A stretch of DNA of 64,000 nt from contig CAWEQH010000001.1 in NCBI GenBank assembly GCA_963811165.1, forward strand, positions 256,001 to 320,000. Reading direction: 5' to 3'. Positions 29,015 through 39,587 of the stretch are shown piece by piece; the stretch's first letter is position 1, and each line of letters begins with the position of its first letter. The notes beneath the pieces are model-generated. The model was not told the origin of the DNA. It searched no databases and worked only from the letters and a program-made list of their open reading frames with translations. A program made the translations under genes and the position numbers. The stretch is from an uncultured Nitrospiraceae bacterium. Lineage in GTDB: Bacteria > Nitrospirota > Thermodesulfovibrionia > Thermodesulfovibrionales > UBA6898.

Positions 29015-30277
29015 GTGTATATGGACATAAAGGAATTCGTTTCTGGGAAGGCGAAAGAGGCCAGAGAAGGCGCCCGCTCTTTAGGGAAGGCATCATCAAA
29101 GCAGAAGAACCTTGCCCTCATAAAGATGGCCGAGGCGCTTAAGAAAAGGGCGAAGGACCTGATAAAGGAGAACGCCAAGGATATCGTATTTGCCCAAAAA
29201 AAGGGTCTGTCTAAGGCCATGGTCGACAGGCTTACTCTTACTAATAAACGGATAGATGAGATGGCCCAGGGGCTTATTGAGGTCGCCGCGCTCCCTGACC
29301 CGGTAGGTGAGGTCGTCAAGATGTGGCAGCGGCCAAACGGAATGTCGGTCGGCAAAATGCGCGTTCCTATCGGGGTAATAGGTATTATCTACGAATCCAG
29401 GCCCAATGTAACCGCCGATGCGACGAGCCTCTGTCTGAAGGCCGGCAATGCGGTCGTACTTCGCGGCGGCTCCGAGGCGATCAATTCCAACAGGGCCATA
29501 GTGAAGATATTGCGGGATGTTGCGAAAAAAGAGGGACTCAACGAGGGCGTCGTGACGTTCATTGACATTCCTGACAGGGAAGCGGTAATGGAGATGCTGA
29601 AGCTTGAGGGGATAGTGGACCTCATCATCCCCCGCGGCGGAGAGGGGCTCATAAGGGCCGTGACGGAGAATTCCCGGATACCGGTCTTGAAACATTACAA
29701 AGGGGTCTGTCATGTATTTGTCGACAGGGATGCGGACCTCCAGATGGCCGAGGACATATGTTTTAATGCCAAGGTCCAGAGGCCCGGGACGTGCAATGCG
29801 ATGGAAACGATGCTGGTCGACAAAAAGGTCGCACGCAAGTTTCTGCCGGCTATGGCAGCGCGGTTTAGGAAGGCGGGGGTCGTCATGAAGGGATGTCCTG
29901 AGACAACAAAGATCCTTCGTGGTATCGACAGCGCCAAAGAGAAAGACTATTACAACGAGTATCTCGACCTCGTGCTGAATATCAGGGTAGTGAAGGACAT
30001 TGATGAGGCGATGGAGCATATAGCCAAGTATAGCTCCGCGCATTCCGACTCTGTCGTCACGAAGGACTACGCAAAGGGGATGCGGTTTCTTCGCGAGGTG
30101 GATTCCTCCGCGGTGTTTGTAAACGCCTCGACCCGCCTCAACGACGGATATGAGTTCGGCCTCGGCGCCGAGATAGGCATTTCAACGGACAAGATCCATG
30201 CGAGGGGCCCTATGGGACTTGAAGAACTTACCTGTACGAAGTTCATAGTCTTTGGAAACGGGCAGATCAGAGAGTAG
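29015..30277 (+). CDS. proA: Gamma-glutamyl phosphate reductase
   Basis: GVIGIIYESRPNVT, LRGGSEA, CNAMETML, VNASTR, GAEIGIST.KIHARGPMGL. Confidence 0.97.
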   Translation: MYMDIKEFVSGKAKEAREGARSLGKASSKQKNLALIKMAEALKKRAKDLIKENAKDIVFAQKKGLSKAMVDRLTLTNKRIDEMAQGLIEVAALPDPVGEVVKMWQRPNGMSVGKMRVPIGVIGIIYESRPNVTADATSLCLKAGNAVVLRGGSEAINSNRAIVKILRDVAKKEGLNEGVVTFIDIPDREAVMEMLKLEGIVDLIIPRGGEGLIRAVTENSRIPVLKHYKGVCHVFVDRDADLQMAEDICFNAKVQRPGTCNAMETMLVDKKVARKFLPAMAARFRKAGVVMKGCPETTKILRGIDSAKEKDYYNEYLDLVLNIRVVKDIDEAMEHIAKYSSAHSDSVVTKDYAKGMRFLREVDSSAVFVNASTRLNDGYEFGLGAEIGISTDKIHARGPMGLEELTCTKFIVFGNGQIRE

Positions 30278-30284
30278 TGGACAG

Positions 30285-30998
30285 TTGAGAATCGGCGTCT
30301 TCGGCGGCACGTTTAATCCTATCCATCACGGGCACCTAAGGGCAGCGGAGGAGGTGAGGGAGATGCTCGCTTTCGACAAGGTGCTTTTTGTCCCCTCAGG
30401 GACCCCTCCTCTTAAAACAGAGGACCTCACGGATGCCCGCAAGAGATTTGAGATGGCCAGGCTTGCGATTGCCGGCAACAGTGCCTTCGAAGTCCTGGAT
30501 ATAGAGGCCAAGAAGCCGGAAAAGTCTTATACGGTAGAGACTCTTGAGGTGCTTCTCAGACTCTACGGCGCTGCGGAACTATACTTTATACTGGGCATAG
30601 ACGCATTCCTGGACATCCCAAACTGGCGGATGCCGGAGAAACTCGTGTCGATGGTCAATTTCGCAGTCCTGGCGAGGCCCGGGAGCAGCTTTGTCGATCT
30701 TCTCTCGTCACCCTATATGGACGCCGGGGAGGAGATTTTGAAGGGGCTTGACAGCGGCGACGGCGACAGGGGATTGCTGACCCTCAGATTGAGGTCACTC
30801 AAAGAGGCGGTTCTCGTAAAGATCACCACCCTTGATATATCTTCTTCGAGTATAAGGAGGAGCATCAGGGACGGACTAAGCATAAAATATCTATTGCCAG
30901 AGAACGTCGAATCATTTATAATTTCTCATGAGTTATATTCACCTGTTGCGTCAAGACGGGAATCGAAGCGAAAGGTAGGGAAGACCTTTAAAAAGTAG
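30285..30998 (+). CDS. nadD: Nicotinate-nucleotide adenylyltransferase
   Basis: GGTFNPIHHGH, SYTVET, FILGID, ISSSSIR; start uncertain. Confidence 0.93.
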   Translation: MRIGVFGGTFNPIHHGHLRAAEEVREMLAFDKVLFVPSGTPPLKTEDLTDARKRFEMARLAIAGNSAFEVLDIEAKKPEKSYTVETLEVLLRLYGAAELYFILGIDAFLDIPNWRMPEKLVSMVNFAVLARPGSSFVDLLSSPYMDAGEEILKGLDSGDGDRGLLTLRLRSLKEAVLVKITTLDISSSSIRRSIRDGLSIKYLLPENVESFIISHELYSPVASRRESKRKVGKTFKK

Positions 30999-31377
30999 AG
31001 AATTAGCCATCGAGGCAGCAAAAGCGGCCTTGAAAAAGAAGGCCGTTGACCTGGTTGTCCTTGATCTTGCCGGGCTCACCATCATTGCCGATTATTTCGT
31101 AATCTGTTCCGGGGAAAGCACCACACAGGTAAAGGCCGTTGCCGGCTTCATCGAGCATGAATTTGCGGCCAAAGGGGTGAAGCTTTTAGGCGTAGAAGGG
31201 CTCGATTATGGCCACTGGGTCCTTCTGGATTACGGCGACGTTATCGTGCATGTCTTTGAAAAGGAGACAAGGTCCTATTATGAGCTCGAGAAACTCTGGA
31301 TGGATGCTAAGACCCTGGAGATAGATGAAGATAAGACTGGTGTGGGTGGGAAAGACAAAAGAGCGGTGCATCAGTGA
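30988..31377 (+). CDS. rsfS: Ribosome silencing factor
   Basis: KKAVDLVVLD, ADYFVICSG, VEG..WVLLDYGDVIVHVF..RSYYELEKLW; frame is open back to 30979, first canonical start is TTG 31030. Confidence 0.93.
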   Translation, partial: LKSRELAIEAAKAALKKKAVDLVVLDLAGLTIIADYFVICSGESTTQVKAVAGFIEHEFAAKGVKLLGVEGLDYGHWVLLDYGDVIVHVFEKETRSYYELEKLWMDAKTLEIDEDKTGVGGKDKRAVHQ

Positions 31378-31765
31378 AGGGATTGAGAGATATTTAAGGC
31401 TGCTTAAGCCCTTCGGTGAGGTGAGTGTTGTCGAGATCAAGGAAGAAAAGGGAAAGGATATTCACCGGATGGTCGAAAAAGAGGGCGAGAGGATAGTAAA
31501 GCTACAGGCCCCCTATGTCCTTCTCGATGAAAAAGGGAAAGGCTTTACATCTTCCGAATTTGCGGATTTTCTCTCGAGGCGCTCGCCTTCGATCACTTTT
31601 GTTACCGGCGGTGCGTACGGCGTCTCTGAAAATGTTCGAAAGACGGCCGAATGCACGGTGGCTCTCTCGAAGATGACTTTTACCCATGAGATGGCGAGGC
31701 TGTTCCTCGTGGAGCAGATATACAGGGCATTCACGATAATGCACAAAAGGGGATACCATCACTGA
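31325..31765 (+). CDS. rlmH: 23S rRNA m3Psi1915 methyltransferase
   Basis: VGKTK, LDEKGK, GGAYG, LSKMTFTHEMARL..EQIYRA..YHH. Confidence 0.95.
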   Translation: MKIRLVWVGKTKERCISEGIERYLRLLKPFGEVSVVEIKEEKGKDIHRMVEKEGERIVKLQAPYVLLDEKGKGFTSSEFADFLSRRSPSITFVTGGAYGVSENVRKTAECTVALSKMTFTHEMARLFLVEQIYRAFTIMHKRGYHH

Positions 31766-33105
31766 TGGGCAAATTATCGATATTTATACTGGTGCTTTTC
31801 CTTGCGGGGCTTTCCCTTTTCGCCTTCTACAACAAAGAGACGATCGCGGTGACCGTCCCCTTCAGCGATGCCTACGAAGTTCCCACGTTTGCGGTCGTGC
31901 TCTTTTCGATCGCTGTGGGTATACTTATATCCCTTATTTTTTTCGCGATCAGGGACACCAAGAAGTTCATCGACAACTGGCAGTACCAGAAGAAGCAGAA
32001 GCAGGACATAAAAGTGCAGGGGCTATACTCAAGGGCGGTCAACGCCATCCTCGCTCATAACGAGGATGCGGCACGGGAGGCCCTCGATGGTATCCTTTCC
32101 GAAGAGCCTGATCATGTCGACGCCCTTCTCAGGCTGGGGGATGTATACGCATCCGAAGAAGATTATCAGAAGGCAAGTACTTACTATCAGAAGGCCAAGA
32201 TGATCAATCCTGAAAACCTCGAAACGCTCTTTGCTATCGAGAGGGCACTCGAAAGTACAGGCAGATGGTCCGAGGCCCTGAAATATATCGAAGACATCCT
32301 CGAAATAGATGACCAGAACCTCTCTGCCATGTACAAAAAACGTGATATCCTCGAAAAACAGGGCAGATGGGACGACCTTGTCTATCTTCAGAAGTCTATC
32401 CTGAAGAATGAACATACGGAAAAGGACAAAAGGCGTGAACAGCAAAACCTTATCGGCTACAAATATGAATATGGCAGACACAGCCTCGAAACCAACCAGC
32501 TCGAAAAGGCAAAAAAGGCGTTTAAGACGGTCCTCCGGATCGACAAGGACTTTGTCCCTGCTACTTTGGGGCTTGCGGAGGTGATGCTCAGAGAAGGAGA
32601 AAGCGAAGAAGCGGTCAACCTCCTCGAAAAGTCGTATGAAAACAGTTCCTCAAAGATCGTCCTGGCAAGGCTTGAGGATTTGCTTATAAGCCTCGGGGAG
32701 CCGGCGAGACTTATCACGATCTATAAAGAGGGCATGTCCAGGAAGCCGAACGACCCGGTGACAAAATTCTTTCTCGGAAAACTTTATTACCGGCTTGAGA
32801 TGATCGACGACGCTTTCGAAACCCTTTTGGGGATGGATTCATTAGGGATTGCCTATCCCGAACTCCATCAGTTGCTCGGCAATATCTATTTAAGGAGAAA
32901 CCTGCCTGAAAAGGCCGCAATCGAATACAGGAAGGTGATTGATGTCAGAAAGTCTTTGAGGCTTCCCTATTGCTGCAGTAACTGCGGATCGAGTTCGGAC
33001 GAATGGTCGGGCAGGTGCTTAAAGTGTAAACAATGGGGTACTTATCAATTTAATCTCGAAGGCGTCTGTTTGCCTGCGCAACCAGGTCTCGCTGTCAGCA
33101 GGTGA
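31765..33105 (+). CDS. LapA-like membrane domain fused to LapB-like TPR/rubredoxin protein
   Basis: Two N-terminal TM segments (FAFYN..V.V.VPF..P.FAVVLFS..VG), many TPRs, C-terminal CSNCG..W.GRCLKCKQW. Confidence 0.7.
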   Translation: MGKLSIFILVLFLAGLSLFAFYNKETIAVTVPFSDAYEVPTFAVVLFSIAVGILISLIFFAIRDTKKFIDNWQYQKKQKQDIKVQGLYSRAVNAILAHNEDAAREALDGILSEEPDHVDALLRLGDVYASEEDYQKASTYYQKAKMINPENLETLFAIERALESTGRWSEALKYIEDILEIDDQNLSAMYKKRDILEKQGRWDDLVYLQKSILKNEHTEKDKRREQQNLIGYKYEYGRHSLETNQLEKAKKAFKTVLRIDKDFVPATLGLAEVMLREGESEEAVNLLEKSYENSSSKIVLARLEDLLISLGEPARLITIYKEGMSRKPNDPVTKFFLGKLYYRLEMIDDAFETLLGMDSLGIAYPELHQLLGNIYLRRNLPEKAAIEYRKVIDVRKSLRLPYCCSNCGSSSDEWSGRCLKCKQWGTYQFNLEGVCLPAQPGLAVSR

Positions 33106-33863
33106 AGGCGCTGGAGCTTAGAAGACTTGTCTCTTTTCTCGATTCAGAACTTGCCCTTTCCGAATTCCCAAAAGATGAGAGCGCAAACGGCCTTCAGGTC
33201 GAAGGCGGAAAGAAGGTCGCTAAAGTGGGCATCGCGGTCGATGCATGCGAATATGTTTTTAAGGAGGCTGCCGCAAAGGGCATCGATTTTCTCTTCGTTC
33301 ATCATGGCCTTATCTGGGGAGGGATCCGATCGATCAAGGGGGCTTTGCGTAAGAGGATAAAGGCCCTTGTTGATGCCGACATCTCCCTCTATGCCTGCCA
33401 CCTCCCCCTTGATTGGCACCCGAAATACGGTAATAACGCAGAACTTCTGAGGATCCTTTCCCTTAAAAGGAAAGGCGAGTTCGGCGAATACCACGGGAAA
33501 AGTATAGGCTACTGGGGGACTGCGCAAAAGTCCGTCCGGCTTCAGGATTTTGTCGCTCTTGTTGATGCGAGACTAAGGACAAAATCATCCTTTGTCGATT
33601 TTGGCAGCAAGGTGCGGAATGTCGGAGTCGTATCGGGCGGAGGCTGGTTGGCGATCAACGACGCCGAGGAATTGGGCATAGATACTTTTCTTACCGGAGA
33701 GCCTTCTCATTCTGCGTATACACTTGCTGAGGAGATGAAGGTGAACCTTGTTTTTTCCGGCCATTATGCGACAGAGACCCTTGGGGTAAAGGCCGTCGCT
33801 GCGATGCTGAAGAAAAAATTCGGGATCCCAGTGGAGTTTATCGATCATCCTACTGGGCTGTGA
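33102..33863 (+). CDS. Nif3-like dinuclear metal-centre protein
   Basis: NGLQVEG, VHHG, HLPLD.HP..GNN, TGE, GHYATE. Confidence 0.92.
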   Translation: MKALELRRLVSFLDSELALSEFPKDESANGLQVEGGKKVAKVGIAVDACEYVFKEAAAKGIDFLFVHHGLIWGGIRSIKGALRKRIKALVDADISLYACHLPLDWHPKYGNNAELLRILSLKRKGEFGEYHGKSIGYWGTAQKSVRLQDFVALVDARLRTKSSFVDFGSKVRNVGVVSGGGWLAINDAEELGIDTFLTGEPSHSAYTLAEEMKVNLVFSGHYATETLGVKAVAAMLKKKFGIPVEFIDHPTGL

Positions 33864-33864
33864 A

Positions 33865-34680
33865 CTATCTGTCGACGATACCCCTAAAGACCTCTTTTAC
33901 TATCTTCAGAATTTCCGGCTGAACACCCTTATTACCGGCGACAATATTTCCTGTTGAAAGATAATCCGTCCCTCCGCCGAAATCGGTAATGATTCCCCCG
34001 GCCTCCCTGATAAGCAGACCTCCTGCTGCGATGTCCCAGGGGCTGAGGGCAAGTTCAAAAAACCCCTCGAACCGTCCGGCAGCGATATATGCCAGGTCTA
34101 TCGCCGCCGAGCCGGCACGGCGTATATCGCTTACTTCGCGGAAGATTTCCCTGAATGCCCGGAGGTAATGGTCGATCATCTCCTTCGCCCGGAAAGGAAA
34201 GCCGGTAGCTATCAGACTCCTTTCGAGGGCATCTACACCTGACACGGAAATCTTCTTGTTATTCAAAAAGGAGCCGCCGCCTTTTACCGCATGAAAGAGT
34301 TCGTCCCTCAGGGGGTCAAAGACGATGCCTAAAACGACCTCACTCATGTATTCAAGTGCAATCGATACCGAAAACATGGGGTAGCTGTGAATGTAATTCG
34401 TCGTGCCGTCAAGCGGGTCAATGATCCACCGGTAATCTCCCGTGTCTTCCTGTTTGAGCGTCTCCTCGGTCAGAAAACGGTGCGAGGGAAACTTTTTACG
34501 GATCGTCTGCATTATCACCGCTTCGGACCACCTGTCCACCTTCGTTACGAAATCGAAGGCCTGCTTTGTTTGGACGTCTTCCCTGGATAGATGCCCGAGG
34601 TTTTTGATAATGATCTCGCCGGCAATCCTTGCCGAAGAGACCGCGGTCTTCAGAAACCCCTGCATAAGATCCGGGCTCAT
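33865..34680 (-). CDS. suhB: Inositol monophosphatase family protein
   Basis: DFVTKVD, WIIDPLDGTTNY, RRAGSAAIDL, WDIAAG. Confidence 0.92.
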   Translation of the reverse strand: MSPDLMQGFLKTAVSSARIAGEIIIKNLGHLSREDVQTKQAFDFVTKVDRWSEAVIMQTIRKKFPSHRFLTEETLKQEDTGDYRWIIDPLDGTTNYIHSYPMFSVSIALEYMSEVVLGIVFDPLRDELFHAVKGGGSFLNNKKISVSGVDALERSLIATGFPFRAKEMIDHYLRAFREIFREVSDIRRAGSAAIDLAYIAAGRFEGFFELALSPWDIAAGGLLIREAGGIITDFGGGTDYLSTGNIVAGNKGVQPEILKIVKEVFRGIVDR

Positions 34681-35501
34681 GGATTGGTATATCCTTGCTT
34701 TGCCCTTCTCTGTCTTGCCGCTTCATAGAGGCATATAGCCGCTGAAATCGCGACGTTCATGCTTTCCGCCCTCCCGTAAATCGGTATCTTCAGAGTAATG
34801 TCCGCAGCTTCCTTGATAGTATCACTTATGCCGCGGGCTTCGTTTCCGAACACAAGCGCCATCGGTCCGTCAAGTTTCGACTCAAACACGGAATTGTTCG
34901 CATCTGCTGAAGTTGCCGCAAGCGGTATTCCTCTTCTTCGAAGCCACTTCACGAAAGTCTCTGCGCGTGCATGTGAGATGGGAAGATGAAAAATGCTCCC
35001 GGCCGTCGCCCGTATCACCTTCGGGATAAAAACGTCGCATGTCCCTTCGAGAAGTATCACCGCGTCGGCGCCGGCAGCGTCTGCGGTCCTGATGATCGTC
35101 CCCAGGTTGCCGGGTTCCCCGATCCCATCACCGACCGCATAGAGAGGGTTTACCCGCGCAGGTAAACCGTCAAGCGGGGATGTCTCATAGGATATTACCG
35201 CGGCAATGCCTTGGGGCGTTTCCGTGTCGGTTATCTTCTTGAGAAGGTGCTCGGTGATCGAAAAGATATGCGCGCCCTTTGCCCTGAGGGTTTTCAAGAG
35301 CTTGCCGCCCTCTCTCTGGGAGCCGAAGCGGTCTGTGAAGAAAACCTCCCGGATGTCAACTCCGGCTTCCAGTGCCGTTTCGATAATACGCAGGCCCTCG
35401 ATGACAAAGAGGTCCTCTCCCGTTATATGATTCCTCTCCCGTAGCCGCACCGCTTCCTTGATTCGGGTGTTGGCCGCGCTCGTAATTCTCAGAAATTCCA
35501 T
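34677..35501 (-). CDS. TrmH/SpoU family RNA methyltransferase
   Basis: TETPQGI, EPGNLGTIIRTADA, FGNEARG, IPIYGRAESMNVA. Confidence 0.9.
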   Translation of the reverse strand: MEFLRITSAANTRIKEAVRLRERNHITGEDLFVIEGLRIIETALEAGVDIREVFFTDRFGSQREGGKLLKTLRAKGAHIFSITEHLLKKITDTETPQGIAAVISYETSPLDGLPARVNPLYAVGDGIGEPGNLGTIIRTADAAGADAVILLEGTCDVFIPKVIRATAGSIFHLPISHARAETFVKWLRRRGIPLAATSADANNSVFESKLDGPMALVFGNEARGISDTIKEAADITLKIPIYGRAESMNVAISAAICLYEAARQRRAKQGYTNP

Positions 35502-35618
35502 GACAGTCTTAACTTTAACAGAAAAGGGGCTTCGTTTCTACAGAGGCGGCAAGACGGCGTAAAATTGACTAATAGGTGGCTATTATTTTACATTATCTAA
35601 ATACGCAAGGAGGAACAT

Positions 35619-36911
35619 TTGAGCACTGTAATTGAAGATATAAGCACAACGCGGAAACGGCTGAAAATCGAGATCCCGACCGATATTATAGAAAAGGAAT
35701 ATTCCGAATCGCTCGACAAGGTCAGGCAGAGGTCCCGTATCCCGGGCTTCAGGCCCGGCAAGGCCCCGATCACTCTCATAGAAAAAAAATTCGGCAATGA
35801 CGTAAAGACCGACATTATAGACAGGCTGATTCCCCAATATTATTCAAAGGCGATGAAGGAAGCCGAACTCGTGCCTGTGACCCTCCCCCAGTTCGAGGGC
35901 ACGCTTGACTTCAAACGCCACGAACCCCTTGCCTTCGCGCTTGTCGTCGAAGTAAGGCCGCAGGTCGGCGAGCTGAAATATGCCGGAATGAAGATCGAAG
36001 ATGTTCCCTGCGATGTGGAGGAAAAGGAGATAGACGATACGATCAAGGGACTTCAGGAAGGAAGGGCGATGTTCGAGGCGGTCGACAGGGAGATCAGGGA
36101 AGACGACCTCATCATAATTGACTATGTCAAACTTGATGCAACCGGAGAAAAAGAACTCTCATCCGCTAAGGACCAGGTCATGAACCTCGGGAACAACCTG
36201 ACGCCAAAAGGGATCCTTGACGAATTGCTCGGAAGAAAAAAGGGAGATATGGTCGAGATCGTCCTTCCGGCCGTCGAAGGCGGTGAGGTCAATGAAGGCA
36301 CTAAGGGGAACCGTCTCAAGATAACGGTGAAAGAAGTAAAAGAGAAGAAGGTTCCGCTGATAGACGATGAGCTCGCGAAGGATTTCGGCCACGAATCCCT
36401 CGACTCCCTTAGGCAGAAGGCCAGGGAAGGGATTCTCAAGGCCAAAAAAGACAAGGCCGCAGGTGAGCAAAAGGCAAAACTTCTCGAAACGCTGGTTGAG
36501 GCTTATGAATTCGATATCCCCGAGTCTATGCTCGAACATGAACTCCAGACCCTCGTGGTAAATGAAAAACACAGGAGACAGCCACAAGGACAGGCGCAGA
36601 GTACGGCCGCTGAGATTTCATCGGCAGATGACGAAAAGCTGGTCGAGGAGCTCAGACCCAAGGCTATCCATAACGTGAAAGCGACGATACTTCTCGATAT
36701 GATCGCTGAAAAAGAGGGGGTATCCGTCACCGAGGAGGAACTGAAGACCCGGATATCGCTGCTCGCGCGGCATCTGCAGACAACACCGGAGGCGGTGATC
36801 AATCTTTTTATGACAAAGGACGAGTCTCTGGAAGGCCTGAAGCATTCGATCAGGGACGAGAAGGTGCTGGACCTTATATTGGCGAAAGCGGAAATTACAA
36901 AAGGAGCATAA
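35619..36911 (+). CDS. tig: Trigger factor
   Basis: IPGFRPGKAP ribosome-binding motif; upstream of clpPX; AGGAGG RBS. Confidence 0.93.
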   Translation: MSTVIEDISTTRKRLKIEIPTDIIEKEYSESLDKVRQRSRIPGFRPGKAPITLIEKKFGNDVKTDIIDRLIPQYYSKAMKEAELVPVTLPQFEGTLDFKRHEPLAFALVVEVRPQVGELKYAGMKIEDVPCDVEEKEIDDTIKGLQEGRAMFEAVDREIREDDLIIIDYVKLDATGEKELSSAKDQVMNLGNNLTPKGILDELLGRKKGDMVEIVLPAVEGGEVNEGTKGNRLKITVKEVKEKKVPLIDDELAKDFGHESLDSLRQKAREGILKAKKDKAAGEQKAKLLETLVEAYEFDIPESMLEHELQTLVVNEKHRRQPQGQAQSTAAEISSADDEKLVEELRPKAIHNVKATILLDMIAEKEGVSVTEEELKTRISLLARHLQTTPEAVINLFMTKDESLEGLKHSIRDEKVLDLILAKAEITKGA

Positions 36912-36917
36912 TAAATT

Positions 36918-37514
36918 ATGAGCGTAATACCTATAGTCATTGAACAGACCGGCAGGTCCGAAAGGGCCTATGACATATATTCAAGGCTGCTAAAGGACAG
37001 GATCATTTTCCTCGGCAGCGCCATCGACGATAGTGTCGCAAATACGGTCATCGCGCAGATACTTTTTCTCCAGACCGAGGACCCGGACAAGGACATACAT
37101 ATCTATGTGAACTCTCCGGGCGGGATAGTATCTTCGGGGCTTGCCATTTACGACACCATGCAGTATGTAAAGCCCGATATCGCCACGTATTGTGTGGGGC
37201 AGGCTGCAAGCATGGGTGCCCTTCTTCTTGGGGCGGGAACGACGGGAAAGAGGTACGCGCTCCCTAATTCGAGGATAATGCTGCACCAGCCGATGGGCGG
37301 GTTCCAGGGACAGGCGACCGACATCGAGATCCATGCGAGAGAGATATTGAGGATGAAAGACTCCCTCAACAATATCCTTTCCTTTCATACAGGACAGCCG
37401 TTTGAAAAAATACGGACCGATACCGACAGGGACTTTTTCATGTCTGGGGCAGAGGCGAAGGAGTACGGGATCGTCGATGAAGTCATCTTTACTATGAAGA
37501 AGAAAAAAGGATAA
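36918..37514 (+). CDS. clpP: ATP-dependent Clp protease proteolytic subunit
   Basis: [35 protein letters not shown]. Confidence 0.98.
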   Translation: MSVIPIVIEQTGRSERAYDIYSRLLKDRIIFLGSAIDDSVANTVIAQILFLQTEDPDKDIHIYVNSPGGIVSSGLAIYDTMQYVKPDIATYCVGQAASMGALLLGAGTTGKRYALPNSRIMLHQPMGGFQGQATDIEIHAREILRMKDSLNNILSFHTGQPFEKIRTDTDRDFFMSGAEAKEYGIVDEVIFTMKKKKG

Positions 37515-37549
37515 GCCAGGCATGACAGCGGTTTCAGGGGAGGATTAGA

Positions 37550-38791
37550 ATGGCGAAGAAAGACGAAGAAGCGCTTAAATGTTCATTTTGCGGCAAGGGG
37601 CAGGAGGAGGTCAAGAAACTCATCGCCGGCCCGACCGTATATATCTGCAATGAGTGTATTGAGCTCTGCAACGAGATAATCGCGGATGAACTGTATGTGG
37701 AAGCGGGGGGAGAGGCGCTGCCGAAGTTACCCACCCCGAAGGAGATCCACCATGTCTTGAACGATTTTGTGGTGGGACAGGAAAGGGCCAAAAAAATCCT
37801 TTCCGTTGCCGTCCATAACCATTACAAGAGGATTTACACCCCGGCCGAATCCGACGTGGAACTTCAAAAGAGCAACATCCTGCTGATCGGGCCGACGGGC
37901 ACCGGAAAGACCCTGCTGGCGCAGACCCTGGCAAAGATACTGGACGTGCCTTTTACCATAGCGGACGCGACGACTCTTACCGAGGCCGGATATGTCGGAG
38001 AGGATGTGGAGAATATCATACTTAAACTCCTTCAGTCGGCCGACTATGATGTGGAGAGGGCCCAGAGGGGGATTGTATATATAGACGAGATAGACAAGAT
38101 TAGCAGAAAATCCGATAATCCTTCCATCACGCGGGACGTCTCCGGCGAAGGCGTGCAACAGGCACTTTTGAAAATAATCGAGGGCACGATTGCCAATATC
38201 CCGCCGCAGGGCGGGCGCAAGCACCCTCAGCAGGATTTCATTCAGGTGGACACGACGAACATTCTCTTTGTCTGCGGGGGGGCTTTTATAGGACTCGATG
38301 GGATAATAGAACAAAGGACAGGCAAGAAGACCGTTGGGTTCGGGACGAACCTGCTGAGCAAGAGCGAAAAGAAAATAGGAGAAATACTTAGTTCAACGGA
38401 GCCGGGGGACCTCATCAAATACGGTCTGATTCCCGAATTTGTGGGCAGGCTTCCGGTGGTTACGACCCTCGAAGAACTCGACGAGGCCGCCCTGGTAAGA
38501 ATACTTTCCGAGCCGAAGAACGCCCTGGTCAAGCAGTACCAAAAGCTTTTGTCATTCGATAACGTCAGGCTGAAATTTACAGACGGCGCCTTGGCCGCAA
38601 TCGCAAAAAAGGCGGTGCTTCGCAAATCAGGAGCGAGGGGGTTAAGGGCCATTCTCGAAGAAATAATGCTTGATGTAATGTATGAAATCCCGTCGCAAAA
38701 GAGCGTAAGGGAATGCCTTGTGACGGAAGAGACCATAATAAAGAAGGACAAGCCGATACTTATCTATGAAAAGCAGGCTGAATCCGCGTAA
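37550..38791 (+). CDS. clpX: ATP-dependent Clp protease ATPase subunit
   Basis: CSFCGK..ICNEC zinc domain, [29 protein letters not shown]. Confidence 0.98.
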   Translation: MAKKDEEALKCSFCGKGQEEVKKLIAGPTVYICNECIELCNEIIADELYVEAGGEALPKLPTPKEIHHVLNDFVVGQERAKKILSVAVHNHYKRIYTPAESDVELQKSNILLIGPTGTGKTLLAQTLAKILDVPFTIADATTLTEAGYVGEDVENIILKLLQSADYDVERAQRGIVYIDEIDKISRKSDNPSITRDVSGEGVQQALLKIIEGTIANIPPQGGRKHPQQDFIQVDTTNILFVCGGAFIGLDGIIEQRTGKKTVGFGTNLLSKSEKKIGEILSSTEPGDLIKYGLIPEFVGRLPVVTTLEELDEAALVRILSEPKNALVKQYQKLLSFDNVRLKFTDGALAAIAKKAVLRKSGARGLRAILEEIMLDVMYEIPSQKSVRECLVTEETIIKKDKPILIYEKQAESA

Positions 38792-38842
38792 AGGATCGGC
38801 AAGGAAATAAAATTTAGTGAAGCGGCTTAAGTCCGCTCCTCT

Positions 38843-39274
38843 CTATTTTATTGTTCTCAGGGATTTTTCAGCGGCACGGCGCACCGCGTTTCTGAGTTCG
38901 GTGTCGTCAATAGCGTCAACGAGCCCATCGATAAAACGTGTATCTTCTGATGATAACTCGGGCAGCTTTGGGCTGTTGTCTTCAGGGGGCCTTAAAGGGG
39001 AGACCTTCCCGATCCTGAACCGTATTTCACGCACGCCGTGCCCGCTCAGTTTCGCCGTTATCTCCTTCTTAAGAAAATTGAGCTGCTGAATCCACACAGG
39101 GGAATCGACGTTCAGAAGAAGTACGCCTTCAGTCAATTTCGAGGGAGACATATGGAGTGAGAGAGGCTTATTAAAAAGGGTGTGCCATTCGTTCTTGATA
39201 CGTGAAAGGCGGACGCCGGACTCGATGCCGAGACTCTTTACTACCGGTCCGAGCAGGGAGCCCGCCTTTTCCAT
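38843..39274 (-). CDS. DUF721/DciA family protein
   Basis: W..L...LS.H..P..L..GVL.L.VDSPVWIQQL..LK.EI..KL; coupled to the rpmB stop. Confidence 0.75.
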   Translation of the reverse strand: MEKAGSLLGPVVKSLGIESGVRLSRIKNEWHTLFNKPLSLHMSPSKLTEGVLLLNVDSPVWIQQLNFLKKEITAKLSGHGVREIRFRIGKVSPLRPPEDNSPKLPELSSEDTRFIDGLVDAIDDTELRNAVRRAAEKSLRTIK

Positions 39275-39462
39275 TATACGACCTTTTTCACGACACCGGA
39301 GCGCAGACATCTTGTGCAGACGTACGCCCTTTTTACTCCCTTCGAAGTAGCTATGCGGGTACTCTGCAGATTGGGCATGATTCGCCTTTTGGTCTTGTTG
39401 TTGGCGTGACTGACATTATTCCCGACTGACTTTTTCTTTCCACATGCAACACAGCTTGCCAC
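39274..39462 (-). CDS. rpmB: 50S ribosomal protein L28
   Basis: [32 protein letters not shown]. Confidence 0.96.
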   Translation of the reverse strand: MASCVACGKKKSVGNNVSHANNKTKRRIMPNLQSTRIATSKGVKRAYVCTRCLRSGVVKKVV

Positions 39463-39587
39463 TTGTATATCCTCCTTTCAGAATTGCAATAATTGAGTCT
39501 TTTATGATACCATTTTAAGATTAATGATACAAGGCCGGACGTATCTGGTGTATTGTTAAAAAAAAGCTCTCAAGTAAGGCCGGAATA

